Assembly: GCF_018977255.1 (NCBI RefSeq)
Contig: NW_024704742.1
Coordinates: 14,014,001-14,078,000, forward strand
DNA length: 64,000 nucleotides
Reading direction: 5' to 3'
Source: Callorhinchus milii
Taxonomy: Eukaryota
Shown here: one piece after another, positions 1 to 12,400 of the stretch
Numbering within the stretch: position 1 is the stretch's first letter
Layout: each line of letters begins with the position of its first letter
Notes under the pieces: generated by a model
What the model was told of the DNA's origin: nothing
The model's database searches: none
Seen by the model: the letters and a program-made list of their open reading frames with translations, nothing else
Program-made: the position numbers and the translations under genes

Positions 1-310
1 GCCGAGCCAGGGATAGTGGGGAGGTGATTGTAGGATGGGGCGGATCTTGAGATACAATCTGAAAAAGGGCGCAAGGTGGAGCGATTGAGAGTTCCAGAGT
101 TTCAGCATATAGTGGCTGAAAGCATGGTGTTTGATGCTAGATGTGAGGATGAGAAATGTGCAAAAGGCAGGAGCCAGCTGAGCAAAGGGGATGTGGAATT
201 GAGAGTGATTTAAGCAGGTTGGAGAAGTAGCAAGGTTTTAAGTAAGTGTGAGGATCTGCTCCAATTGTTAGAATCATCAATCTTGACCATACGTGTGATG
301 CAATGAAGTA
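1..310 (-). mobile_element. Old L2 LINE 3' fragment
   Basis: Diverged match to the 3' part of the other L2 copies in the window (gagttccagagttt...gtggctgaa, the reverse complement of FSHY..KLWNSL). Confidence 0.65.
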
Positions 311-499
311 GCTGGACAAATATATGGGCGCTAGCTCAGCGTCAAACTACACCATTATTAAGCGCTCTAAAATACTACCCCAGTTGAAAGGCACTATATA
401 AATGCAAGTTGTTGTTTGGCTGCACACGCAGTGATTGTAAACAAATCAAAGTGTCACTTGATGACAGACCTTTCAATTTTCCTCCCCTCTTGACCTGAA

Positions 500-810
500 G
501 GCACCGATTGCGACTGTTATATGGTACCACAGGTACTGGGCAGTAGATTGCCAAAATGGCTATTGTTCATGTTTGAGTCCAGGCTTCAGAACAATGTGTG
601 CGTAACAGACAAGTCAAATTCTATCCTTGCCCAGTGTCTTCAAATACACATTTTCCAGCAGCTGGAACAGAGGATAGTGATCAGGAATGAATTTTCCCCT
701 TTAAATCTAGGAAGCACTGTGGCCAATTGTAGCATCAGCCAGCCTTTTGGTTTGTATGAATCAACTTCAGTCTGGGCAGTAGCTTTGTCTACTGAGTCAT
801 TGGGAGGAAG
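500..810 (-). mobile_element. Ancient SINE-like repeat fragment (family also at about 17040-17410, 32110-32330, 34790-34990 and 60645-60890)
   Basis: Shared diverged motifs (attgttcatgtttgag; gatagtgatcagga; on the other strand ggtgaggacagaatc) recur in these intervals. Confidence 0.5.
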
Positions 811-2289
811 TGACAACACAAAATAACATTATAGCCCTTGTAGTGATGCGAAAATCGTGTGACCCATTTCGCTCTCCCCCAATATATTAAATTGTGTTTA
901 GAAATGCTTAATTCGAGGCATCGTATCATTGAAAAATGACAGCTGCTGCTAGCTTTGTTTGAAAGGTTCAGAAAATGCTCCTGTGTTCAATAGTTGAAAT
1001 TTCGGCAAGGTTTTGAAGCCTGTATTTCTGTTGCAAGATATGACACTTAGCGAAGAATTTCATCAGCGCATTGTGGTTTCATAGGTGGCAACTCTGGTCA
1101 CGTAGAATCTTTCCGGTGTTGTGTGGTTGAACACTAATGAGCTCCAGCTTGCACAGAAACATACTGTGAAGAAATGTGTTTTCAGTGGCATTACTTGGGG
1201 ACTATTTTTTTTCAGAGACATGCTGAACTAAAATAGCTCAGAGCAATGTGCAATGAGTAAATCAAGAACACTGTGCCTGAACCATTTCTACTCTAAAGGA
1301 ATTCTGTCAGTAATAATCTTGAACATAGTGACCTGAATTTTCCTTTAGTTGTCAGGGGTTTTAACTTTTTTCACTATGATTAAACTTGACACCTGTCTTC
1401 TGCTTGACCTCTGACTATTAATTTTTGTGCAGTGTGGAGCATAGCTCTGAAATGAGAAGCTTGTCACATTGCTTAAACTAGAGAATCTATGGTGTGCCTG
1501 GCACTTGCCAGCATTTGAGACATCTTAAAGACGTGACAAAGTGCTATATCAAATGCAAGGATTATTATTATTTGTCAATGGTAATTTATCCCCTTTATAC
1601 AAGGTTGAGAAGGAAATATGGCAGCTTGTTACGGACTTTCTGCCCATATAACATGCGACGGAAGACAAACTGGGATCCTGATATTTTCAGCCGTTTTCAG
1701 TTAAATGCCTAGTTCAATTAATTTATTATATACAGAGGAAGAATCACTGAAGGATTCCAAAATGTTTGCGAGTTAAGAGTGAAACAACAGAAGTAATCCC
1801 GTTGGAAATTTAAGAATAAATTTAACATCCCCCTGTTGGAACCACATATTTGGATGCTGGATGATTATAGGATTGGGCTCAGTTGTGATATCCTCCCTCT
1901 CCTCCTCCTGTCCGGCTAATATCCTAACACTTGCAAGAGGCACAAGAGGGTGACAAGCACAGCGCTCATAAAACCATATTCCAAATGAAGTAAAAAGATG
2001 TTCAAAGGTCTTCATGAAGGCAGAGGAGACAATTGGTGGTGGGGGAGGGTCAATTTGGAACATACATATGCTTTTATTTTATACATGTGGAAAGTGCTCC
2101 ACTTCTGAAGGTGAAATATTTAATATTTTCCACTTTTTCCAGGTCAGCTTTAATACAGGTTAGATTCAAAGAAAAAGCATCCTGTACTGTGTCCCCAGAA
2201 AGTGTGTCAGGCCCCGTCTCTGTAGAGCTCCCTTTATTTTGGTTGTTCAATTTCTTATACTTAGTCAACCTTGTGTTCTATCTGACTCT

Positions 2290-2485
2290 CTGACTCTCAC
2301 TGAGAATTCAACACAGTGGCAAAAAATCAGGGCAGTTTTCTACTGTATACTCTCAGGTACCAGTAATAGGATTGAGATTGCCAAAAATGAATTTCTCTTA
2401 AGACCTTACTGCGGTCACACAGAGAAGGCTTACATCCCTTTAGTCTGAGCTGGATTGAAGCCCAGATCTAAGAGGTGAAAGCATA
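2290..2485 (-). mobile_element. LF-SINE-like fragment
   Basis: The minus strand reads gctttcacctcttagatctgggcttcaatccagctcagact...aaaactgccc, resembling the LF-SINE head and body as recalled; not aligned. Confidence 0.45.
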
Positions 2486-3984
2486 ACTTGCCTCCTAGCT
2501 TGAGTGTCAAAATTGGAGCAGGGGGAGGTGCAAATTTTTAACTTTGTTTTGAACATAATACCATCATGGTACAGATTTGGTGCATGTATTGTACCCTTGA
2601 AATTGTTGCAATATTGTTAAATTGTACAACATTTTGACACCAGAATTTCTGGGAATTTCTGGTTTTCTACTCAAAATATTTTGATAATAGCGGCCCTTAA
2701 AATTCTATATGTATATTATTATAATAATAATCTTTGCATTTAATATAGCGCTTTTCACGTCTTCTAAACATCTCAAAGCGCTTCACAGAATATACTCTTC
2801 AACCTGAGTAAAATATCTTACAAATAAGGGACACTATATACTGTATGTCCATGGTACTGAAGCAACTACGAAATGTATTGTATTAGAATCTCTCCAGTAG
2901 TTCAGTGGATAAATAGAACAGATGGTTTGAGAAATTCAATGTTCCTGAAAGGCAGTATTAGTACAAGATGTTGCTGTAGTTATGCTTCTCAACCCAGAAG
3001 CTTGTCCTGCTGCCGTGGTGCATCTGAAAGTATTGGTCTAGATTTACTTGAAGAAAAGGAGGAGTAAGGAGAGAAGAGTAAAAAAGCAACTTGCTTTACA
3101 ATGTAAGAAAACTGTTCAAATAAAAGGGAATGAGGTAATAAGCAGAGTTTGTTTCAAACCTTGTCCATAAACACTAGTTAAGTGTATAATTGACACAATA
3201 TTCTCTGGTATTACAAAGCTACACCTAAGGTAACAGTAATCGGTCTGCACCAGGGATGTGTTTCTTTGTTTTCTTCTATTGTACATGTCATTGTCAGTTC
3301 CAAAGATGGTGGGTCAGCTATAGTCATGTCCATCTCTATTTTTCCGGTCTTTCCCTGGCGCAACATCTATATTTGTTTACAATAGCACATGTGGGATTCT
3401 ATCCACACATCCAAAACAGATCAGAACAGCAGGCACTGACAAACCTTTCTTCCAACTCTGACCGAGTTGCTGTCAGATCTCTGTTGTGAATTCACGATTG
3501 CCATGACTCCCAAGACTCAGATATAGATAAGATTTGCTTTTATTTTTTCATGGGATTTATGTGTGCACATCAAAGAACGAGATGCCATTGTTGTGAATGA
3601 AGCACTTGTTCCACTTTCAGGCATCTATTTTGAGCAACACAGAGTACTCGGCTAAGAATAGAACAATAGAGATATAGCTCATCTCTGCCCCAATAATATT
3701 TAACCTTGATCCAGAAGAGAATTCCTTCTGGCCAGACTTTCTACTTTATACCAGACTTCCTTATGGCATTTCTAAAAAGCATGGAATAAGAAAAGGTTAT
3801 TTTGACCTTTAAACATGCTCTCTCCACTGACTACGTAAAACCCTTCCTTATCATGGACCCCATATCACTTAATTTAACTAATGAAAAGGCAAAATGTTGA
3901 AAATATACTGGGCTACATCACATGACCTACAAGGCTAATATCTACTGCAGATATTACATCAAACCACGAAATAAGAATCATGAA

Positions 3985-4447
3985 AGAGCTAATCACACCA
4001 TCACACCAGTCCTTACCAGGCTCCACTGGCTCCCAATTACTGAATGGATCGATTTCAAAATCCTCTCACTCATTTTCAAATCCCTTCTTTCCATGGCACC
4101 TCCCTACCTGTCCGATATGCTTAACCACCCACTCCCCCACCTGCTGCCTCTGCTCGGCTAGCTCCGGCCTCCTGTTTGTGGCTCGTCCCCTCCGCTCTGC
4201 CATCGGTGGCCATTCCTTCAACCACTACATCCCAAAACTCTGCAACTCTCTCCCCCAATTCCTCCACCTTGCCCCCTCCCTCTCCACCTTCAAATCCTGC
4301 CTAAATACATTCCTTTTTGATCGTGCTTATGGTCACCTCCCCCCTCCCTCTCCCCCTGGCTCGGGGTCAGACTCTGCCACTCTCAAGCACTCTGGAACTC
4401 TACCCTGCATGAAGGGCTCTATATAAATGCAATTTGTTGTTGTTGTT
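3985..4447 (+). mobile_element. L2 LINE 3' end (tail type B)
   Basis: ORF2 C-terminal motifs HTITPVLTRLHWLPI..IDFKIL and KLCNSLP..FKSCL, followed by the tail ctaccctgcatgaagggctctatataaatgcaat(ttg)n. Confidence 0.9.
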
Positions 4448-5069
4448 AAATGATTGACTACCCTGTTCCCCTCAGAGAGGTCATAGCAGGATAAGTAAAT
4501 TTTTCCTAGTGCTGAAAAGGTTAAAGCTGAACTGTCATCTCTGGAACTGGATGAGTAAACCTCCAGGTCCTTACACACAACCAGCAGTTAAACATCAAAC
4601 AAGTAAACGTGAAAACAGTTTGAAGGAAGAATGAAAATAAATCTGACAAATTCATCCTGACTCGAGAGTTGCATTTGTGTTGTCTCTTCACTCTTAACTC
4701 TGGAGGTTGAACAATGAGATTCTCTGACTGAAGTCTGAATCTGAAGGCTGCAAGCTAAAAGTTTTGATCCTTGCAGCTTAACCTTGGTGAAGCAATTCAA
4801 CTACTGATAAGCGCTCTGGGACGCTACCCCGAATGAAGGGCGCTATATAAATGCAAGCTGTTGTTGTTGATAACTACTTGACTTGTTACTTATTTGTGTA
4901 ACTCACTGTTATGTCACTATAATGCCAAGATCAGAGACATCAAAGGATTGTGAGACAGTGGAATGCACTGCTCAGAAGGTCATAGTGCAGAATCAATTAT
5001 GATTATAATCTCAGAAGAAAGTTAAGTACTTCCGAAATAAAAGTAGTAAGAATCTTATTTATTTTGAAG

Positions 5070-5250
5070 GGATTATTAGCCCTGGAAAGCGATCTGCCAA
5101 TCGATTAACCACTGGGTTCCTACTTACTTCTAGGTAAACAGAAACTTGTGGAGTAAGGAAACTTGCCTAAGGTTTTGCCCCACCTGAGAATCGAACCTGG
5201 GTCCTCTTGCTTGTGAGGCAAGTGCTCTAACCACTACTCTACAGGACTCC
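5070..5250 (-). mobile_element. tRNA-derived SINE, 5' half (older long-body variant)
   Basis: Minus strand has the head ggagtcctgtagagtagtggttagagcac, B box ggttcgattc, and then ccttaggcaagtttccttactccac. Confidence 0.85.
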
Positions 5251-5284
5251 CCTAAACAGTGTTGGGGGGAGAAGAAGATTTTGT

Positions 5285-5400
5285 TAGCGGAGCTGTCCTT
5301 CGATTGAGACTAAGGTCCCATCTGCCTGTTCAGATGGATGTTAAATATTCTATGGCACTTTTCAAAAAGAGAAGAGAGTTTCTTCCGGTGTCGGCCAACA
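5285..5400 (+). mobile_element. Deu-domain SINE fragment
   Basis: ggtcccatctgcctgttcagatggatgttaaatattctatggcacttttcaaaaagag...ccggtgtcggccaac resembles the DeuSINE core. Confidence 0.65.
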
Positions 5401-5429
5401 GTTACCCAATTAAATTCATCATTCACTTC

Positions 5430-5890
5430 ATGGCCAGGCGGGTCCTCAATTTTCCAGGGCATTGCTGATGACAGCATAGCCAGCCTGGATCACCTGCAGG
5501 ACCTGGAAGGGCAGACCCATCACTGGGGGCAGGGAGTCATCCCGCTCAGTTCCTGTTAACTCTGCAAGCATAAGCGGTAATGGATAGGGTGATCCTAGCT
5601 AGATAAGTGTCGGGAAAGCTTGCCAGACAGTGATATCAATGGCAAACTATGCGGTTTTAGCTGGTTAAACTTCAGCAGTATGGGGTGCCCAAGCCTTGGC
5701 TCTTGCCAACTTGTGCCTAATACATTCCGGAATTAGGTAAGCGGGATGTGGCCCTCCGAGCAGAACGTGTGTATTCCATTCCAACATTCCAATATCTCTG
5801 TAATTTCCATGTGTAAGTGGCATGCATGGAATTCTCAGTTTGGTTTGGCATGGTGATAGGTTTTTGTCTATGTCAGCTGACCAAAAATAA
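5430..5890 (+). mobile_element. Unidentified long interspersed repeat (family X), body copy
   Basis: Aligns by eye with 8270-8640(-), 8790-9035(-), 14890-15245(+), 30850-31270(-) and 62570-62640(-). Confidence 0.75.
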
Positions 5891-6335
5891 TACATTACCT
5901 ATCTTTGCCAGTGTACTCCTACCCCTGAATAAATGGAACTAAAAATTATTGTGGAAAGAGAGGAAATAGCATCATCATCACTCATTCAACACCAAAACCC
6001 AATACCTTTATCTTGGCAGGCTCTATTGATCAAATGGTATAGTGTGTATAAAATAAATTATTAGAAGTGTTCACTTTGCAGACAGCTCCTAAAGACACTT
6101 TAGCTTCAAACCAAGATTATTTCAGAGAATCCAGACGAACCTTCTCTGCCACTTTAAAACATCAAATTGCTGTTTGCTCGAACCATAGTAACACAGACAC
6201 CAGCTTAATCATTCTTTCACAATCACAACCAATCTTTGAAAGACACATGACTCAGAAAAGAGAAGACAAAATTTAGTATCAACACACCGAAGTTGCAGTT
6301 GGCTTAAATTCACAACTGCAAGATACAGGTCCTCA

Positions 6336-7282
6336 ACAACCACAGCAACTTTCATTTATATAACGCCCTTTACACAGGGTAGCGTCCTGGTGTGCTTGAC
6401 AGTGGTGGAGTCTGACACCCAGCCAGGGGGAGAGGGAGGTGGGAGGTGAACTTAAGCGCGATCAAAAACAAACATTTTAGACGGGATTTGAAAGTGGTGA
6501 GGGAGGGGGCAAGGGAGAGGGATTGAAGGAGAGAGTTCCAGAGTTTTGGGGTGTAGTGGCTGAAGACCGATGGTGGAGCGGAGGGGACGAGGGACAAACA
6601 GGAGGCCAGACCCAGTCGAGCGGACGCAGTGGGTAGTGAAGTGGAGGATAAGCAGGTCGGATAGATAGATAGGTGCGAGAACATGAAAGGATTTGATAAC
6701 GAGTGAGAGGATCTTGAAATTGATCTGTTCAGTAATTGGGAGCAGTGGAACCTGGCAAGGACTGGTATGATGGGGGCACAGAGTTTTGCGTGGGTGATTA
6801 TCCGGGCACTGGAGATTTGAATTAATTGAATTTTGTCTATGTGAAGCTGGAGAGACCAGCAAGGAGGGCATTGGAATAGTCCAGCCGGGAAGTGACGAAG
6901 ACTTGGACGAGGGTTTTGGCTGCATTGGTTATGAGATATAGATGGAGGCGGGCAATGTGACGAATGTGGAAAAAAGCAGTCATGATCAGGGAACGGATGT
7001 TGGATAAAAAGGAAAGCTGGGAATTGAATCTGATGCCTATGTTGCATACGGGTTCGATGAGTCTGAGGGAGAGCCCGGGGAGGTTGAGGAGTTCAGACCC
7101 GCAGGAGAAAAGACAGTGACAAGAGCCAAAGAGTATGGTTTCTGTCTTGCCGACATTCAGCTACAGGAAATTTACGCTCATTCAGGCTTTGATGTCCATC
7201 AAACAAGCTGATGGAATATCAGTGGACTGGGATGCGCAGCTGGAGGAGGAGAAGTAGATTGTGTGTCATCGGCATACATGTC
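6336..7282 (-). mobile_element. 5'-truncated L2 LINE (tail type B)
   Basis: Minus strand starts at MYADDTQ (catgtatgccgatgacacac), continues through QINFKIL and KLWNSL, and ends in a stem-loop tail with a (TTG)-like end. Confidence 0.9.
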
Positions 7283-8269
7283 TGAAGGCTGAGTTTTCAA
7301 TCTGGAATGAAGGAAGTGAAGGGTGAGCAATAAACCAAAGTCAATTAGAATGGAAGACATGGATCATCACAGCATTATCATACCTGAGGAACCAGTTATT
7401 TTGACAAAAAAGGCAGAGATTCTTATATTTAACTTCAGCAGACAATGCAATAGATCTTTAACTACATACAGCTGAAAAAAACATGTGTTACAGGGAATTA
7501 ATTACTCAATTTACAAAAGAAAGGGTTTTTAGGAGCAGGGCATGTTTTAAAGTGTTTAGCCACTACATACCATCTGCACACTTCTGAATTGTTTCTGAAG
7601 GGCATCTGTGGGTTATTTGAAATATATTGCTTCCCATAGTTTGCTTATTGTTTCAAGATTGCTGTGGTTTCTGTTTTTGCCTCAGGCACCTACCTTAAAA
7701 AACAATTTGGAAATTTACATTTTTACGATTTGCTTTCATCATCCAAGTTGGCAGTTAGTTCCTTATTGTTTTGATGGGGGATTTCTCTTAAGGTTATTTT
7801 TTTCTAAATAGCAGTTGAGTCGCTTTATCAACAAATTATACAAGATTTATGACAGGAGTCCGTTAGTCATCATGACAAAGGGATCTTTTTTATTGTTGTT
7901 GGTGATTGGACGATAGCCAAAGGAGACATGAGAGAAGTAATTCTTTGCAGGACCTGAGTAGTTTGCAAACACTCTGACAAGGAAGAAATTCAAAGCTTCT
8001 CAATATCTCTGCGACTCTTTGCCATGTGTTTTCTCTTTATATATTTCCATGTATGGCAACAACTGCTTTTGAGGCCTAAACAGGAAAGGACACAATCAAT
8101 GGGAGGCATTTGTGTAAATATTTACAGAATAGGCCTCATATATAATTGATATAAAATGACACAGAGAACAGCCATGTTTCCCGTTATTCACATTTATTGG
8201 TTAGTTGGGTATCTAACACATGTGGAAATTTATCATCATGCTTAGGAGCATCAAACCAGGTATGCCACA

Positions 8270-8640
8270 GACGTATGCCACTCATGGAACTTTTCCTGAG
8301 TCTGGAATGGAATATCCAAGCCTGGAGTCTAACCAACTAAAACGTCATAGCTTGCCATTGAGAGTCTTCTATGGCAAGCTATCCTGCTGCTTGTCCAACT
8401 AGGACTATCATGCCTGTTAGGGCTTTGGCTTGCACAGTTAACAGGCACTGAGTGAGAGGAATCCCTGCTCCCAGTGACTGGTCTGCCCCTCCCAAGTCCT
8501 ACTGATGAACAGGCTGCCTGAACTGTCATCAACAGTATCCTGGAGGATTGTGGATCCTGCCTGACTCAGGAACCAGACGAGCGAGACAGACACGGAAGGT
8601 TAATTCAATTCTGACCTTCCATTATCAAGCCTGAAACCAT
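8270..8640 (-). mobile_element. Family X copy
   Basis: Reverse-complement match to 5470-5670 (ctaaccaactaaaac, gccattga, ttgtccaactagga, atccctgctcccagtga). Confidence 0.65.
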
Positions 8641-8789
8641 AGAGCCAACTCTGCGCAAAGACACCCACTAATGTTCTGAAACACTACCCCACATGAAAGG
8701 CGCTATATAAATACAAGTTTTTGTTGCTGTTCAACACACATTAGATTCGAGCAATAGTGTATTGGTCGTGGCACTAATTATAGAACACG

Positions 8790-9035
8790 AGCTGAGTGAG
8801 AGGAATCCCTGCTCCCAGTGACCAGTCTGCCCCTCTAAATCGTTCTGATGAACCAGGCTGGCTGAATGTTCGACAGCGGTGCTTTGGAGTACTGTGACCA
8901 TGCCTAACTCAGGAACCCCAGACTAGCAAGACTGGACTAGTGAACTGACTTCAGCTAATTCAGCACCGACAAGCCTATATAGATCTGTATAGCTCACATT
9001 TCATGCTAGGCAGCTTTATCAACTGAACCATTGGT
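8790..9035 (-). mobile_element. Family X 5' part with a possible pol III A-box head
   Basis: Diverged duplicate of 8448-8620, extended to tggttcagttgataaa (A-box-like) on the minus strand. Confidence 0.6.
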
Positions 9036-10674
9036 GGAACCTGGGACTTGCAAATTCTCTGCATCTCACTCTGGCTCATAATATGTAACAACCATTCAAC
9101 TGGCATTTCTCCTCAGACATGTTGGAAATATAGCGCATGTTGACAATACAGGCGATTAAGGGAGCAGTTTCTCATTGCAAGTGCACATCGTTGAAATGCA
9201 CTACACGTACCGGCATGATCCCCAACGTCTATTTATCCTGAGCTCAACATAAAAAAAATGGCAGACTTGACAACATTTTGATTAAAATCTCCTTGGAAAT
9301 ATTTTGAAGCACACAGTTGCACTTTCTCCTCACAAAGCATATTAGAATCATTTATTGACTCATTACCTCGGCCCATCAGTCTACCAGCTCGTCTGGCATA
9401 TGACTCAATCCAAATGATTGACGTCTGATGATGAGCACACACTGGAGGTTTTCAAAGCCTCACTGGTAATGCAGCTTTATGCCTTTAACCGCCCACTCTT
9501 TCCCCATGTTATGCCAGGTGCTTTCTACCTTACTCTGGGCAGCGACTGTGCTCACTATTTCGAGACGATGGGAAATTTCCATGCAAAGGTGGAACTTGTG
9601 GTCTGGTTTAGATACTCTGAAGCATGGGGATTGGTTTCCGCAGGTGTCGGCTGACCAAAAAACATTGTTCTGAAAATACAATGGAGGGAAGAAAACGCCA
9701 CCAGAAAATATCATCAAAAAGCCAGTCAATGGTTATCACTGGCATGTGAAGAGAGGAAGATTTATTCCCACCTGAAGCCAGTGATAAGTATTATACAATA
9801 TAATTTAAATGTATATAGCGCCTTTCATGTCAGGTAGATATCGCAAAGCTCCTTGGTTTATTTTTTGATCAATGTGGCAATGATAAGGGTGCTAACATCA
9901 GATGCCGCATTTTTTCCGTCAACAAATTTGGAAAAAATAAACAATGAGCAAACTGCCTAATACAAATCCCTGAATCGCCCTATTAACTCATTGAATTACT
10001 TTTAAACTTACTAATTAAGATAATTCAATTGGGAAACAAAACAGATTGCTAAATGAATTTGATCCCTTAAATGTGTTGGTGAATTTCTTTTTATGCTAAA
10101 AATAGTAGCATTACATGGGAGGTATTAGAGTATTATCACAGGTTTACTGACCACAGAATACTGTAAATTCAGCCTATAGTATCTATTGCAGTAACAAGGG
10201 TATTACTGGATGGAGTGAAATCTGCTTATTTCGCCAATCGATTAACAGCTGGGTTCCTAATTACTACTGGGTAAACCGAAGCATGTGGAGTAAGGAAACT
10301 TGCCTAAGGTTTCACCCTGCCTGGGAATTGAACCCGAGTCCTCTCTCTGGGTTGAGGAGATGTTGTATACAACGAATCTCTGTTTCAGGATTGAGCAATG
10401 AGATATCAATAAAGGGTACCATATTTTTACCTTCACAAAATGACTGAAATGCCTCTAAGGACTTAAGCACTTGGAAATGTACGTTTTTAATGAAGATAAA
10501 CAATAATGTAGAAGAAATACTTTTAGGATTTATGTGCATTTCTGAGCATAAATAGTACAAGTTGTCTCTGCCATGGTGTGAGCAATGTAAACAAAAATAA
10601 TTTACATTGCCAGTGCAACAACAGAAGCACATGAAGCATCTTACTCCTTTTTATTATACTGGGGTGATCTGATC

Positions 10675-10912
10675 ACCATTTGGTGGTATCATCTGCAGGC
10701 ATGGAGTTAACTTCCACGTGTATGTGGATGACGCCCAACTCTTATCTGTCTGCCTCTACCCTCAACTCCAGGACCAGTGCTGTCCCGACGGATTACCTGT
10801 CAGACATCAGGTCTTGGATGTTTCACCCACAAAGTACACAGTCAATTCACTTTACAATATATTCTGTGAAGTGCTTTGAGATGTCTCAAAAGATGTGATA
10901 AGGCGCTATATC
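10675..10912 (+). mobile_element. L2 RT fragment followed by a SINE 3' tail
   Basis: 10675-10820 encodes a degenerate HGVNFH.YxDD.QL segment. 10822-10912 is the SINE tail cacccacaaagtacacagtcaattcac...ggcgctatatca. Confidence 0.8.
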
Positions 10913-11925
10913 AACAACAACAAGATTACATTTGTATAGTACCTTTCACATCGGAGGACGTCCCAGGGCACTGGACAGTGTACGGCATTTCAGACCTGAG
11001 CTGGGGTCAGGGGGGGTAAGGGAGGGGAGGGGAAGGGGGGTGACCGATGGCATGGTCGAAGAGGAGGTTTCTGAGGCGGGATTTGAAGGAGGCTAAGAAG
11101 GGGGCGAGGCGGAGTTACTGGGGGATGGAATTCCAGAGGTTGGGGGCAAAGTGGCTGAAGGCTCTCCCACCAATGGTTCCGGAGCTGGCTGAGCGGAGGG
11201 AGCGGGCGGGTTGGTAGGGGGTTTAAGAGGTCACAGAGGTAGGGTGGGGTGAGGTCATGGAGGGCTTTGTATGTGAGGACCAAGATCTTGAACTGCATCC
11301 TCTGAAGGAAAGGGAGCCAATGGAGTCGAGCGAAAATGGGGGAGATGGGGTCACGGAGTTTGGTGCGGGAAAGGACAAGGACTGCAGAGTTCTGGATTAT
11401 CTGCAACTTGTAGAAGGAAGAGTTGGGAAGGCTGACAAGCAGGGCGTTTGCATAATCGAGCTTGGGGGTGATGAAGGCATGAACAAGAGTTTCAGCCGCC
11501 TGAGGTGTGAGGAAGTGGCATAGTCGGGCGTTGTTACGGAGGTGAGGGAAGGCAGAGCAGGTCATGGCCTGAATGTGGGGGAGAAAAGACAGTTGAGAGT
11601 CGAACAAGACACCGAGGTTCCTGACTGGCTTGGTGAGTTGAAGTGTGCAACCATGGAGGTTGATGCTGCCAGAGCCTGAGGTGCGGAGGCGCTGGCGTGA
11701 GCCAATCAGGAGGGCCTCAGTCTTGTTCACATTCAACTGTAGGAAATTTGCCCTCATCCAGGACCTGATGTCCGACTGGCAGTCTGTCAGGACAGCAGTG
11801 GTCCTGGAGTTGAGGGTGGAGGCAGAAAGATAGAGTTGGGTGTCATCCGCATACATATGGAAGTTAACCCCATGTGTGCAGATGATGTCACCAAGAGAGA
11901 GCATGTCGATATTAAAGAGGAGAGG
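10913..11925 (-). mobile_element. 5'-truncated L2 LINE (tail type A)
   Basis: ORF 10990..11904 contains [23 protein letters not shown] and LHWLP; the element ends in (TTG)n. Confidence 0.95.
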
Positions 11926-12144
11926 ATTATTAAATAAGGATTACTATTATGAACCACTCTGCCTTCCCCCACCTCCACAACATCTGCCAATGCCACTCCC
12001 CTCCGAGATCCCACAGTCCACCGAGATCATGCTTTCATTATGATCGGGTTTAACTATGCTAACTCCCTGCTCGACAGACTTCCCAACTGTTTCCTCCACA
12101 AACTGCAGACTCTTTAGAACTCTGAAGCTCGAGTACTTTCCTGC

Positions 12145-12400
12145 AATCTTGCATTTGAATACAGTGCCTCATCACATCGTCGACTCAAAGTGCTTCACAG
12201 GACTTTACTGGGAATTGTAGTGACAATGTATTTTCCAGGCAAATATGGCTGCCAATTTGTGCATAGCAATGACTTACAAACAGCCATGAAGTAAATGATC
12301 AATTTTATTTTGGGGGATTGTTGGCCAGGACATCCTCTTTTTGAGTAATGCTGATGGGATCTTTAACGTCAGCCTGAACAGACAGACAGGCAGGCAAACC
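12145..12400 (-). mobile_element. Deu-domain SINE, diverged
   Basis: Contains the tail cttgcatttga, gattgttggccaggaca and gggatctttaacgtc. Confidence 0.7.

Noticed and set aside
9300..9670. Conserved enhancer (two TGACTCA, TGATTGAC)
   Set aside because: The downstream part matches repeat family X, so uniqueness is doubtful; short motifs alone are insufficient.
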